DNA of 64,000 bases from NCBI GenBank assembly GCA_963514005.1, contig OY740782.1:123070001-123134000 (forward strand). The letters run 5' to 3'. Source of the stretch: Raja brachyura (Eukaryota). The position numbers were made by a program, and so were the translations under genes. The notes under the pieces are model-generated. The model worked only from the letters and a program-made list of their open reading frames with translations. It did not search any database and was not told the DNA's origin. Positions 38,032 to 51,242 of the stretch are shown piece by piece (the stretch's first letter is position 1; every line of letters starts with the position of its first letter).

Positions 38032-38758
38032 AGGTGGCAAGAACAGGGAGGCAGATTACTATCTAAATGGCTTCAAGTTGGGAAAAGGGGAAGTACAACG
38101 GGATCTGGGGGTCCTTGTACATCAGTCTGTGAAAGTAAGCATGCAGGCACAGCAGGCTGTGAAGAAAGCGAATGGCATGTTGGCCTTTATACCAAGAGGA
38201 ATTGAATATAGGAGCAAAGAGGTCCTTCTGCAGTTGTAGAGAGCCCCAGTGAGACCACACCTGAAGTATTGTGTTCAGTTTCGGTCCCGGGATTCCCAGG
38301 ATGGCGGGACTGTCATATGCTGAGAGAATGGAGCAACTGGGCTTATACACTCTGGAGTTTAGAAGGATGAGAAGATACCTCATTGAAACATATAAGATTG
38401 TTAAGGGCTTGGACACACTAGAGGCAGGAAACGTTCCCGATGTTGGGGGTCCAGAACCAGGGGCCACAGTTTAAGAATATGGAGTAAGCCATTTAGAACG
38501 GAGACGAGGAAACACTTTTTTTCCACAGAGAGTTGTGAATTCTGGAATTCTCTGCCTCAGAGGGCGGTGGAGGCATGTTCTCTGGATGCTTTAAAGAGAG
38601 AGCTAGATAGGGCTGTTAAAAATAGCGGACTCAGGGGACATGGGAAGAAGGCAGCAATCGGGTACTGATTGGGGTTGATCAGCCTTGATCACATTGAATG
38701 GCGGTGCTGACACGAAGGGCCAAATGGCCTACTATTGCACTTATTGTCTATTGTCTAT
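38032..38758 (+). mobile_element. CR1 3' fragment
   Basis: GGKNREADYYLNG...GLYTLEFRR; ctattgtcta tail. Confidence 0.88.
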
Positions 38759-39089
38759 AAAAGTCACTTAAATGCCACAATCGTATCTACCTCCACCATC
38801 ATCCCCTGCAGTACATTCCAACTACTCTCCATCCTCTGCATAAAATTGTTCCTCACTCACCTCTTTTAAACTTTACCTCACTCACCTCAAAGCCATGCCT
38901 TCTAGTCTCTGACATTTCCACTCTAGTTCTTCAGGAGACTGAGGAAATTAGATATTTCTTCATTGATGTAGAAACTTTCACATATGCATAATAGAAAGCC
39001 TATGGTCAGGTTACATCACAGCTTTGTTTGGAAAAAGCTCTGCCCAAGACCCCAAGACCACATGAAATTGCAGAGAGTTTTAAATTTAC

Positions 39090-39875
39090 ACTCACATGGC
39101 CCTCTGTTATGCCTGCCTGTTTGTAGGGTATGTCAAACAATCTCTGTTCCAGGTGACACTGACCTTAACCCCGAACTCAACTCTGTTACACTGACGCCTA
39201 CATCGGGGTTACCTCCTGCACCCATACATAACTCATGGACTTCATTAACCTCACTACCAATTTCCATCCTGCACTCAAATGTACTTGTCCATTTCTGTTT
39301 CCCTCCCCCCCCACCCACTTTTTAGATCTCACCATCTCCATCACAGGAGATATGATGTCGACTGATGTCTATTACAAACTGACTCCCACAGCATTCTAGA
39401 CTGCACTTAATCCCACCCTGACTCTATCCTCTACTCCCAATTCCTACGTCTCCACTGCACTGCGGACTGGAAGGGCCGAGAAGGCTAGTGTCCGTGCTGT
39501 AATTGTTATATGGTGTTATATGGTTATCTGCTCCCGAGAAGAGGCGTTTCATACATGAACATCTGAGATATCCTCATTCTTCAAGGATTAAGGGTTCCCC
39601 TCTTCTGTCATAGGTGTGTCTCCTCAGTATACCATTGTTCCACTCTTGCTTCCCCTCCCTTCAGTTGCAACAGGGACAGAGTCCACCCAGTTCCTCACCT
39701 TTCAACACATCGCATACAGCACATAATCCTCCAACAATTACGCCACCTCCAACGGGATTCCACCACTAGTCACATCTTCCCATCTCCACCCCTTTCCCCT
39801 GAGACCATTCCCTCTGCAACTCTCTAGTTCACTCATCCCTTCCCACTCAAACCACCCCCTCCCCAAGTACTTCTA
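39090..39875 (+). mobile_element. Penelope-like fragment
   Basis: 39650-39870 similar to 9910-10140; degenerate RT C-terminal region. Confidence 0.7.
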
Positions 39876-39879
39876 CAAC

Positions 39880-40443
39880 AGCTGCTAGTGTTATTCTACC
39901 GTTGCTCCAGAGAGAGTGTCCTGACACAAGGCATCCTGGTATGGTACGGCAACAGTTCTGCGGCTGACAAGAAGGCTCTGCAGAGAGTCATCAATACAGC
40001 CCAGAAGATCACCAACACACACCTGCCTATCCTGGAAGAGATCTATAGTTCTTGTTGCCTGCGGAAGGCATCACGCATACTAAAGGACTCATCTCATCCC
40101 GCACACACTTGTTTGCCCTACTGCCCCCAGGAAAGCTGTGCAGGTCCTTCAAATCACACACCACATGATTAACAAACAATTTCTACCCCAAACCACTCTG
40201 AACTCCCAACTGAACTCACAGCCCTCATAGCCAACATTTTGTACTGCAACAACACTATACTGTGAAATATTGCATACTTTGACTTGACTACGTTTTTCTT
40301 GCCGTTTTGTTGTTTCCATTGCCGTTATTATTTGTCTGTTACATTGGAGCTCTGCTTAGGCAGTGCGCCTGAAATTTCTTTGTGTGTATTTACAGTGACA
40401 ATAAAGTGTATTATTATTATTATTATTATTACTATTATTATTA
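39880..40443 (+). mobile_element. Rex/Babar LINE 3' end with (ATT)n tail
   Basis: FYRCSRESVLTQGILVWYGNSS...LQRVINTAQKIT; gacaataaag followed by (att)n. Confidence 0.85.
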
Positions 40444-40954
40444 TCTGAAGAAGGTTTTCCCACCCAAAAGGTCACCTGTTCCTTTTCTCCAGCGGATCAG
40501 CTGCCTGATCCGCTGAGTTACTCCAGCATTTTGTGTCTGATAGTTAGATTTAGCTCTTTGAGCTAACGGAATCAAGAGATATGGGGATAAAGCAGGAACG
40601 GGGTACTGATTTTAGATGATCAGCCATGATCATATTGAATGGCGGTGCTGGCTCGAAGGGCCGAATGGCCTACTCCTGCACCTATGTTTCTATGCTTCTA
40701 TGAAACGTGAATACACTATTTTAAATCTTAAGCGTTGGCATTGAATTCAGAAGCAACAATGTTGCAACACAGTTAGGCACATTTAATTATTCTACCTTAC
40801 TGTAACATAACCCTACTCAAGAGTACACGTTACTTCTCTATCCCAAATAAAATATGAACTGCAGTTTTCTTAAATCGACACATAACCTGCCTGCCTGATA
40901 CTGTTACTGAACAAGATGCAGGTAACGTTCACCGCACGCATATCTGAAACCCAC

Positions 40955-41178
40955 CTAATTTCATAATCTGACCCAAAAGCAGACGGATCTACTCCTGACG
41001 ACCATTCCAGAGCTTCTCGAAACATTAAGGCCGCTTCTTGGGGATGCTTGGAGTTCACATTGTCAACAAATTTAATAATGTCATTCATCAGGGACACATT
41101 CAAGGGCGTGAATTCCAACTTGCCGACGCCGGTGCCAGCCGCAGTCCACTGAGCAGCTCGAGTCAACGCTACTCCCAT
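40955..41178 (-). CDS. ODAD2: ODAD2/ARMC4 first coding exon (224 bp CDS; exon begins at 41184)
   Basis: ccag|GTCACCATGG Kozak context; MGVALTRAAQWTAAGTGVGKLEFTPLN...KHPQEA matches ARMC4 [27 protein letters not shown]...KHPQEA; donor AG|gtgggt. Confidence 0.96.
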
Positions 41179-41379
41179 GGTGACCTGGTGCGACAAGGAA
41201 AGACATGGGCACTGTTAGTACGGGACACACTGACCCCATTTGATGCAACACAGTAGACGTTGTTCCATCAGCAACGATTGGGATTGGGGTGGTGGTGGGG
41301 CTAATGGAAGACGCGTTATTTTCCATCAGCCGCTTCATTACACCACACAAATAATGCATAATACCAAAAGTATGAGATG

Positions 41380-41745
41380 TATGGTGCAAAGCCAACGGCC
41401 TCGGTCGTTGACGCCGAGGTCGAGTCACTCTCATGGTTAACCCGCAGCGGCCCGTCCAAACTTCCACTCTTTCAATTGAGCCCGGGCTTACAGGGTGAAG
41501 CCAAGGCTTCCTTTCTGCTCGCCACCCCCCCCCCCCGCCCCCTACCCTCACACCAACAGCTCACCCGGAGGGCAGAGAACCACCAGCGAAGGGCGATGCG
41601 GCCGGCAGCCCCCAAACTAATGCCCAGTCCGCAGTGGCTGCGTTGCCCTGGAGACGAGCGCGTCGTTGCCAAGTTACGGTTCCAAACACAGAGCGGCGCT
41701 CCGCGTGCGCGTCGCGGGGACGGGCGGCGGTTTGTCTGACCCGTG
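41380..41745 (-). promoter_or_regulatory. CpG-island promoter of ODAD2 with two RFX X-boxes (41642-41655, 41665-41677)
   Basis: CpG-dense non-repeat DNA; GTTGCCCTGGAGAC and GTTGCCAAGTTAC fit the X-box consensus GTNRCC-N(0-3)-RGYAAC typical of ciliary genes. Confidence 0.8.
41565..41640 (-). other. ODAD2: Probable non-coding exon 1 of ODAD2 (5' end uncertain)
   Basis: Strong donor CGG|gtgagc at 41565/41564 inside the CpG-rich region, just downstream of the X-boxes. Confidence 0.6.
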
Positions 41746-42130
41746 GGCCACAGAGTCAGAGTAATACAGCATGGGAACAGGCCCTTCGGCACAACGTGTC
41801 CACACTGGCCAACATGTCCCAGCTGCCTGCGTTAAACTTTGGCCCATATCCCTCCAAACCTGTCCTCTCCATATAGCTGTCTAATCGTGTCATAAACGTC
41901 GGGATAGTCCCAGCCTCAACCTCCTCTGGCATCGCTCCTTAGATGCTGCTGCACCCGCTGAGTTTCTCCAGCCTTTTGTGTAATAACCTCCTCTGGCAGT
42001 TCATTCCATTACACCCAGTACCCGATGTGTGAAAAGGTTACCCCCTATTTATTCATTAATCTTTTCCCCTTCACCTTAAACCTATGTCCTCCTGTCCGCG
42101 ATTCCCCGACTCTGGGCAAGAGGCTCCATG

Positions 42131-43683
42131 TAGCAATGTTACAACATTTTGAGATTTTAAAAATCGTCTGCAATTTATCCTATCAAGCATAAAAATAAGT
42201 TTAATTTGACACCTAATTAACTTTCATATCTTCAGTATTAAAAATGTTATGGCCATTTTCATACTCGGAAATTAGCATCTTGTTCCCTATTGCTTTTCCA
42301 TTGACTTAACACAAAAGCTGTGATCTAGGACAGTCAAAAGCCCATAACATTCTTAAAAATTAAGAGAACTGAATGAAATTTTCAGTTATTGTAGATTGAA
42401 GCATTCTGAAACAAATATAAAACATCTACTTGGATGACCTGAAATTAAAGCATATAATTAGTTAATTACATAATTGTAGTTAATTACAAAATTGACCGTT
42501 GTGACGGAAATAGTAATAAGCACCCAGACTGCTTTGAAAATTCAAAATTGTGATATTCTCAATGTCAGAACTTTAATATTATTGTATTATATGCTGTAAG
42601 CCCGTAACAGATGGGTAAATAAATTACAATTTCTAGCAATAGACTTTATGGAGACGATCAGTTGCTAGCTGGTACATTGGCCTGTCATAATCAGTAGCAT
42701 CATCATACTCCTCAGATTGTAACCAATAAGCAACTCTGTACACCTTGTTTTTCCTCAACTTTTCAATTTGGCATTGTAAACTACAAGTTTTTGCTCTTCA
42801 AACCACGCATGATATGCCTTTCTGCCCACTACTTTCCCATTAAGAATGTCCTGTGGATTCCATTTCTTAAGAAAATTATATATTTTTTTAAATAGCCCAA
42901 GTATCCAAATAACAAACTAATCCCATTCACACAAGAATTCACAATATAACATGATTTTTAAATCTCACTGTCATGAATTTATATGCCAGATGGAAGGAAT
43001 TTAATGTTTAATTCCCATAAATTAATCTAGAAACATTCACTCAATATAATCAAAATTATTATTTTTTTGCACAATACATGGGACTAAAACTGATATTTAG
43101 TATACAAATATTGACTATGGATAGACAATAACACAAAATATAGACGATTTAGATGCTCATGACATGATTGTCCAAAAAGAAGAGCATTTAAATCATCTTG
43201 CGAATGGGTTTTTCTGGAACGCGGTCGATTGGAATGTTGCATTTGCGGTGAATTTGAACCCCCATATCGGCAGGAAAAACACTGCCGGTTTGTATGGGGC
43301 CCAAATCACATTTTCGCAATGTAAAATTAGATGAAAGCTATCCCAAGAAGCAAGTTTATATGTAAAATAGATGACTTACCCTTTGTTTTGTCCCGTTCTT
43401 GTGATCCATCACGTTGTAGGCGTTGAGGTGTTAGAAGTCGCTTTTTATTTTAATATAATTATTAAATTATCTCGCGATTAAAAAAAATAAATCGGGAACG
43501 GAAGTCCGATCGATTATTGTTCAGCAGCCAGCAGCCCGAGGAAGTCCGCCACCGATAAGCAGTAGAAAACTGGATTTTAATCCCGCCCCCCCCCCCCCCC
43601 ACCCCCACAAAGGCGCCAATGTCATGCACACGGCCAGTGGCAGAACCGCAGCACCGCTGAAGATAAGTTTTGTAACATCGCTA
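42131..43683. mobile_element. Non-autonomous DNA transposon copy 1 (TAG...CTA termini, 7-bp TSD)
   Basis: TIRs TAGCAATGTTACAA/TTGTAACATCGCTA; TSD ctccatg/ctctatg; inserted in a minus-strand CR1 3' fragment. Confidence 0.88.
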
Positions 43684-44274
43684 CTCTATGCAACTACCCG
43701 ATCCATTCCTCTCATGATTTCATACATAAGGCGGCCTGAAAAGGCAGTTGACTCCAGGAGGCGAAAAGGAGGAGGCAATGCCATAAAATGCGCGTAAAAA
43801 TGTAAGTCTGCATACTAGATAATGACTCTGTATTTAACACCAACAAAAATAAAAGTACCTCCACCAACATGCTCTTTGACAATAGTCCACGGAAAGTGTC
43901 TTTGAGTTTGAACATAGAACAAACAGTACATCACAAGAACAGGCACTATGGCCCACAATTTCAGTGCAGCACATGACCTGTGCATCATTCGTTTCTCTCA
44001 ATTCCCTGCATATTCATATGCCAATTGAAAAACCTCTTAAATACCACAATTACATCTGCCTAAACACCAACTTTGGCAGCACGTTCCAGGCACTCACCAC
44101 CAACTGTACAAAAAAGTTGCCCCACAAATGTTTAAATGTTGCCCCTCTCACTTTAAAGCTGTGCCGTCTCATTGAAAATGTTTCTGACTGTGTACCCTAT
44201 CTATTTCTTTCATAATTTTATATACTTTTATCAGGTCTTCCTGTAACCTCCAGCATTCCAATAAAAACAAATCA

Positions 44275-46040
44275 AGTCAAGTCAAGAGTGTTTTATTGTC
44301 ATAATGGGACAATGAAATTCATACTTGCTGCAGCACAACAGAATATGTGAATATGTAAACATAGTACATAACGGGCAAAGAGAAAAAAAAGAAAATGTTC
44401 AATAAATAACAAATATAGTGCAACAATAATAGTCTTTTGCAGGTAGACAAAAGTGCTGGAGAAACTCAGCGGGTGCAGCAGCATCTATGGAGTGAAGGAA
44501 ATAAGCAATGTTTCGGGCCGAAACCCTTCTTCAGACTTTTGCAGTTCAGAGCTCAGAGCTTATAGTCTTTTGCAGTTCAGAGCTCAGAGCTTATAGTCTT
44601 TTGCAGTTCAGAGCTCAGAGCTTATTCGTTGTTGTGTTTAATAGCCTGATGGCTGTAGGGAAGAAGCTGTTCCTGAACCTGCATGTTACAGTTTTCAGGC
44701 TTCTGTACCTTCTTTCTGATGGCAATGATAAGATGAGTGCGTGGCCAGGATGGTGTGGGTCCTTGATGATTTTGGCTGACTTTTTGAGGCAGCGACTACG
44801 ATAGATCCCTTCGATGGTGGGGAGGTCAAAGCTTGTGATGATCTGGGCAGTGGTCACAACTTTTGTCGTCTTTCTCGCTCCTGGACATTCAGGTTGCCAA
44901 ACCAGGCTACGATGCAACTAGACATAATGCTCTCTACCGTGCACCTGTAGAAGTTCAGGAGAATCCTCTTCAACATTCCGAATCTCCATAACCTTCTCAG
45001 GAAGTAGAGTCGCTGATGTGCCTTCTTTGTAATTGTATCGGTGTGCTGGGTCCAGGAAAGATCTTCGGAAATATGCATGCCCAGGAATTTGAAGTTATTG
45101 ACCCTCTCCACCATCGTCCCATTGATGTGAACAGGATTGTGGGTCCTCATCCTTCCCCTACCAAAGTCCACAATCAGTTCCTTGGTCTTACTGATGTTGA
45201 GAGGCAGATTGTTGTGCTGGCACCATTTGGTCAGTCGGTTGATCTCACTTCTATACTCTGACTCATCCCCATCTGTGATTTGACCAACAACAATGGTGTC
45301 GTTGGCGAACTTGATGATGGGGTTCGCATTATGTCCGGCTAGGCAGTCATGGGTATAGAATGAGTAAAGCAGGGGCCTGAGCATACAGCCTTGAGGTGCT
45401 CCCATACTAATTGTTACTGAGGATGAAGTGTTTCCACCGATTTGACCAGACTGTGGTCTATGGATGAGGAAGTTGAGGATCCAATTGCAGAGGGATGCGC
45501 AGAAGCCCAGTTCCGTGAGCTTAGTAACCAGCTTGGAAGGGATGATGGTATTAAACGCCGTAGTCCATAAACAACAGCCTGACATAAGTGTTTTTATTGT
45601 CCAAGTAGTCCAATGCGGAGTGGAGAGCCAGTGAAATTGCATCCTCCATTGACCTGCTGTGGCGGTATGCGAACTGTAGTGGGTCGAGGTTCTTGTTGAG
45701 GAAGAAGTTGAAGTGCACCATAACCAACCTCTCAAAGTGAGAGGTTTAAAATGTCCACAAAAACCCCTGCCAGTTGGTCTGCACAGGTTTTGAGAACTCG
45801 ACCGGGGAAACCATCCGGTCCAGGCGCTTTCCAAGGGTTCACCCCCTTGAAGGATCTTCTGACGTTGGCCTGTGACTGTGACTGTAATACCGTCAGGGCG
45901 AATGGGGGCTTGGAAAGGCACATCAGTGTTCTCCCTTTCGAACCGTGCGTAGAACGCATTGAGCTTGTCAGGGAGTGATGCTTCGCTGTCGTTTGAGCTG
46001 CCCCCTGATTTCGCCTTGTAGGAGGTGATGGCATTCAAGC
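44275..46040 (-). mobile_element. Rex1/Babar LINE (RT and 3' UTR), 5'-truncated
   Basis: [35 protein letters not shown]; tail aataaaacactcttgacttgacttga; short tandem repeat at ~44535-44620. Confidence 0.9.
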
Positions 46041-47589
46041 CAGCTGTCTGTCCAGTCTGTAGCTAACCTGTAGCCCTGTAGCGAATACCCCCTATCCCGG
46101 CAACATTCTGGTAAACCTCCTCTGCAGCCCTTCCAAAGCCTCCATTCATATCCTTCCTGTAACAGGATGACCAGAATTGCACATAATATTCCAAATGTCT
46201 CCTAACCAGTGTTCTATAAAGCTGCATCATGACACCCTGATGCTTATGCTGAATGCAGTTGCGGGTCATCCCATTAATTGTATATTTTCCCCTTACATCT
46301 GACCTCCCAAAGTGCAACACATTTGATCAAGGCCAATGTCTTGATGCAGTGAAATGAAGGCACAAGAAACTGCAGATGCTGATTTTACAAAACAAATAAA
46401 AGCAATATAAAGGATGCAGTATAGGAAGGAACTGCAGATGCTGGTTTAAACCAAAGATAGACACAAAAAGCTGGAGTAAATCAGCGAGATAGGCAGCATC
46501 TCTGGAGAGAAGGATTGGGTGATGTTTTGGGTTGAGACCATTCTTCAGACATGCAGTGTTGGTGTGCTGTTAAAAGTGACGTCAGTAGGAAAAAATGTTA
46601 AACCAATGATATATTTGATCTCACATGTAAAGTTAAAGATTATACTCATTTCTTTGTCTGAAGAAAGGTCCTTACCTGAAACATCACCAATTAATGCTCT
46701 CAAGACTTGCTGACCTGCTGGAGTTACTCCAGCAATTTGTGTCTCTTTTGTAAACCAACATCTGCAATTCATTGTATCTACAACCTCTCCAATAGATATA
46801 AATGGTGAGGGTATTAGAGGAAGAGGCTCCCTGAATATTTTCATTCTCAATGATGATGGAACTCAGCATACATATGCAATAATGCACCTGCAACTACTCT
46901 CATCCATAATATCCAAATGGATGTTGGGATTTTCCCGAGGTCCTTCATCAGTATGATTCGTTATCATACAATTTTAATTAATCCACTTTGAAGTTGCATG
47001 ACTTCCATGGAAACACCAATGGTCATATGCCCTTATGATATTCATAGTCATACAGCATATAAACATGCCTTATAGCCCAACTTGTCCATGCAAACCAAGG
47101 ACATCCACTCCACCCACCTGCCCTCGTTTGGCCCATATCCCTCTAAACATTTCTTATCCATGGACCTGTCCATAACATGAAAGAAACTAAAGTAAATATA
47201 CATTAGTTTTCTTCTTGAGCTCCAAATTAGCTTCGCCTCAGCTAAGATTTTCTTTTTCCAAAGATGTTGAGTGACCTGATCAGTTTTTGCAACATTTTCT
47301 ATTTTCATTTCAGATTTCCAGCAGATGCAGTTTTTTGTTTATTTTCATTTAAGATTTTTAACAGTAAATAGTGGGAAACAGCCCAATTCGGTCCTATCCA
47401 ACATAAAGGCAAATTCAACTGGCTGATTGCTTGACCTATCGTAGCCTATTCTCAATCTTCAGCAAATGACTGAAAGAATAATGGAAATAAGCAACATATA
47501 CTTGTGATTAACCAGCTTACGGAAATTATGGAAACCACCAAGACTACTTGGTGCCAAATCCTATTCCAACAAAAATCCAAACATGGTAG

Positions 47590-49190
47590 ATGGCGTAGGC
47601 CCCCCCTCAGTCATGACTGACAATAGGTGATGCATCCTAGTCGTTGGCTGCTTGCTCCAAACCTCCGCTAGAGCAGCGTCGCTTGTGCCTGAAGAGACCA
47701 ATGCGGATGTGATAGTTTCTGTTGCAAAGGTCACATTTGTGTGTGGTCTCTGGTTTGTTGAAGTTGCTGCGCTCCTTTCTGCGTGCCCGCTTGTCTGCCA
47801 TTGCGTTCAACAGTTTCTCTTCCCCCGTTTGGTTGGTTCAGGGTACCTCTCCACCTCGTGCGGTCAGCTGCAAGGCTCTCCCAGGACTCCACATTGATGT
47901 CGAGCGCCTTCATATCTCTCTTACAGACATCCTTGTAACGTAGCTGGGGGGCAGCTGATGGTTCTCATCCCAGATGTCAGCTCTCCATAGAGGATGTCTT
48001 TTGGAATGCAGCCATCCTCCATGCAGTGGACATGCCCCAGCCACCACTGCGCTGCCTGAGTAGAGTGTACATACTGGGAAGGCCAGCACGAGACAGGATC
48101 TCGGCGTTGGACACTCTGTCTTGCCAGGATATGCCCAGGATACAGCGAATGCTTCTCAGGTGGAAGGTGTTGAGCCTTCTCTCCTACCTAGCATATGTAG
48201 TCCATGTCTCACTGCCGTACAGCAGCGTGCTGTTACCACAGGCATTGTAGACTGCTATCTTTGTCTTCACTATCAGCTTTGGGTTGGTCCACACTCGAGT
48301 TGTGAGGCGAGTGAGAGTTGTAGCTGCCTTCGCGATCCTCTTATCAATCTCTGTTTCCAAGGAGAGGTTTTTGGTGAAGGTGGAGCTGAGGTACGTGAAC
48401 CGATAGACGGCGTCAAGTTCGTAGTCGTCGCTGGTGATGACAGGCGGCGCCTCTGTATCCTGCCCCAAGATGTTCGTCTTCATCAGGCTGATGGTCAGCC
48501 CAAATCCCTTGCATGCCCGATAGAAGCAGTCCATCAGTGACTGTAGTTCCTGCTGGGTGTGGGACACAACTGCAGCGTCGTCTGAAAACAACATGTCTCT
48601 GATGAGAGCTTCATGTACTTTTGTCTTTGCTCTGAGGCGGATGAGGTTGAAGAGCCTGCCATCTGATCTAGTATGTAGGTAGATCCCCTCTGTTGCATTG
48701 CCAAAGGCATGTTTCAGGAGCAGAGCAAAGAAAATCCCAAAGAGTGTGGAAGGAGGACACAGCCTTGTTTGACGCCACTGCGGATGTCGAAGGGCTCCGA
48801 GAAGCTGCCATTGAACTGCACTGTCCCATTCGTGTTGAGTAGAAGGATTCTATCATGCTCTGCAGTTTTGGTGGGCAGCTGATCTTTGGCAGAGCCTTAA
48901 ATAGGCCATCTCTGCTGACGAGGTCGAACGCCTTGGTGAGGTCAACGAAAGCAACATACAGGGGCATCCGCTGTTCTCTGCACTTCTCCTGGAGCTGGTG
49001 AAGGTAGAAGACCATGTCTACTGTTGACCTTCCAGCTCGGAAACCGCACTGTGACTTTGGATAGACACGTTCTGCCAGCTTCTGCAGGCAGATCAAGATG
49101 ACCCAAGCAAAGACCTTGCCGACGATGTTGAGGAGGGAGATGCCTCTGTAGTTGTTGCAGTCGCTTCTCTCACCCTTGTTCTCTCGCAAG
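47590..49190 (-). mobile_element. RTE (BovB-like) LINE fragment
   Basis: DCNNYRGISLL, QCGFRAGRST, FVDLTKAFD, LFSDD, LLYGSETW. Confidence 0.9.
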
Positions 49191-49781
49191 ATGGCACCCT
49201 TGTAGAACCAGAGAAAATCATGTAAAACTGGTGAATGGTGATGAGGGGAAAACTCTCCAATGACAGAAATTATAGCTGGCTCAGGTGAAGATCAGCGGCA
49301 TTGCTGAATGTCCATCATTTCAGCTCAAGAATATAATTGCATATTTAAGCAGCAAAAAAAACACATTGTTGAACAGATTGAACAGTCTTTCACCAAATTA
49401 ATTTTAAAGACTTACTTAAACAATAAAACTCTTGAATAGTCAATTATGTTGGAAGTATATTTAGAAAAGTGTAATTTTCACCTCGGCTCCAATATTATGT
49501 TTCCACATTCTTTTCAGTTATGTCACATAATCCATTTCAATGTGCCGTCTTAAGGAGTAGAGTCAGACTACTGTGTGCAGGAATTTTTTTAACACCTCAG
49601 ACATACTCTGAACTAATGCTTCCCTATTCCCCAGAATTTCTTTCGAAATTACCGAAGAGTCTACACAACTGGAAACTTTTTAATGACGTGAAAAATGTCA
49701 TATTTTATTAGTTTCCTTTTTTACAAACTGAAAAAAATTATTACGATCCATGATTATTACTTTCTGCATCTTGTATCATAG

Positions 49782-50816
49782 TAGCAATGTTACAACATTT
49801 TGAGATTTTAAAAATCAAGTCTGCAATTTATCCCATCAGATAAAGCATAAAAAGAAGTTTAATTTGACGCGTAATTCACTTTCATATCTTCAGTATTAAG
49901 AAAGTTATGGCCATTTTCATACTAGGAAATTAGCATCTTGTTCCCCATTGCCTTTCAATTGACTTAACTCAAAAGCTGTGATCTGGAACAGTTAAAAGCC
50001 CATAACTTTCTTAAAAATTAAGAGAACTCAATGACATTTTCAGTTATTATAGATTGAAGCATTCTGAAACAAATATGAAACAATCTTACTTGGATGACCT
50101 GAAATTAAAGCATATAATTAGTTAGTTATCTAATTGGAGCTAATTACAAAATTCAATGAGTAGATCTAAACATCTATCCATTTCTTAAGAAAAGATAAAC
50201 TTTTTTTAAATTGCCTAAGTGTCCAAATAACATTCACACAATAATCCACAATATAACATAATTTTTAAATCTAATTTTCATGAATTTCTGGGCCCAATGG
50301 AAGGAATTTAGTGTTTGATTCCTGTAAATTAATGGCCATTTAAATCAACTAGCGAGTGGGTTTTAGTGGAATGCGGTGGATTGGAACGTTGTGGTTTGCG
50401 GTGAAGTCGGGAGGAAAAATACTGTTTGTTCATACATTTTTTTGGACCTCATTTCGCAACATGAAAATGTTATTAAAGCCTCCCGAAAAACCAACTTTTA
50501 ATATAAAAATAAACTATTTACCTTTTTTTCTCCCCTACGCAACATCCTTCCAGTTGTCGGTGCTCACGGCTTTTGAAGGTGATTTTTAAATTACTCTAGT
50601 TCATAAATAATTTAGAGTAATTTAAAAATACCTTCATTCATGAAATGTCGGAGTGATTTTTCTTCCGCAACGAAATCGCCCGACATGGATCGATTTTCCC
50701 TGCCTGTGGAAAAACGGCACTTTAAGCCCGCCCCCCCTCTGAAAGGCGCCAAAGTCACGCACACGGGGAGCGGCAGAACTGCAGCGCTGCTCAAGGTAAG
50801 TTTTGTAACATACCTA
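49782..50816. mobile_element. Non-autonomous DNA transposon copy 2 (shorter), 7-bp TSD
   Basis: Same TIR and internal sequence as 42131-43683; perfect TSD ATCATAG at 49775-49781 and 50817-50823. Confidence 0.9.
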
Positions 50817-51242
50817 ATCATAGTATTCATATGTTGGTATCTCCATGCCCATTTTCTTGAAATAAATATATAAATTAAGCCGCTGCAGTTTACTTTCAAT
50901 GTTTTTGGTGATTTTAATCATTTTTAATAGCTTTTCAATGTTTCTAATCATGAAAAACATGCTTTGATGGATGCAGATTTAGAGAGCATGGCTTTGCAGT
51001 CTGTCTTATATATTCTACGTAGTTTGGTACTTGGGGCTTGCTCCAGCCCATCCATGCAACAGTAATTACACAGCAAGGTAGTGTGGCTGCACAAGTCCTC
51101 GTAATTTAAGTCTGTATATATCTTTGTTGGGGGTATCTAATAATGGTATTAATGGGTCTACGCAAACTCAGTGGGCCAAAGGGCAAGTTTCTGTGCTGTG
51201 TCCTTCTGTGACTGCACAGCCTTCAGGATGCAAACCACGTAA

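Noticed and set aside
41179-41196. Upstream start of ORF 40870..41196
   Set aside because: It lies across the splice acceptor (exon starts at 41184); the conserved ARMC4 Met is at 41178.
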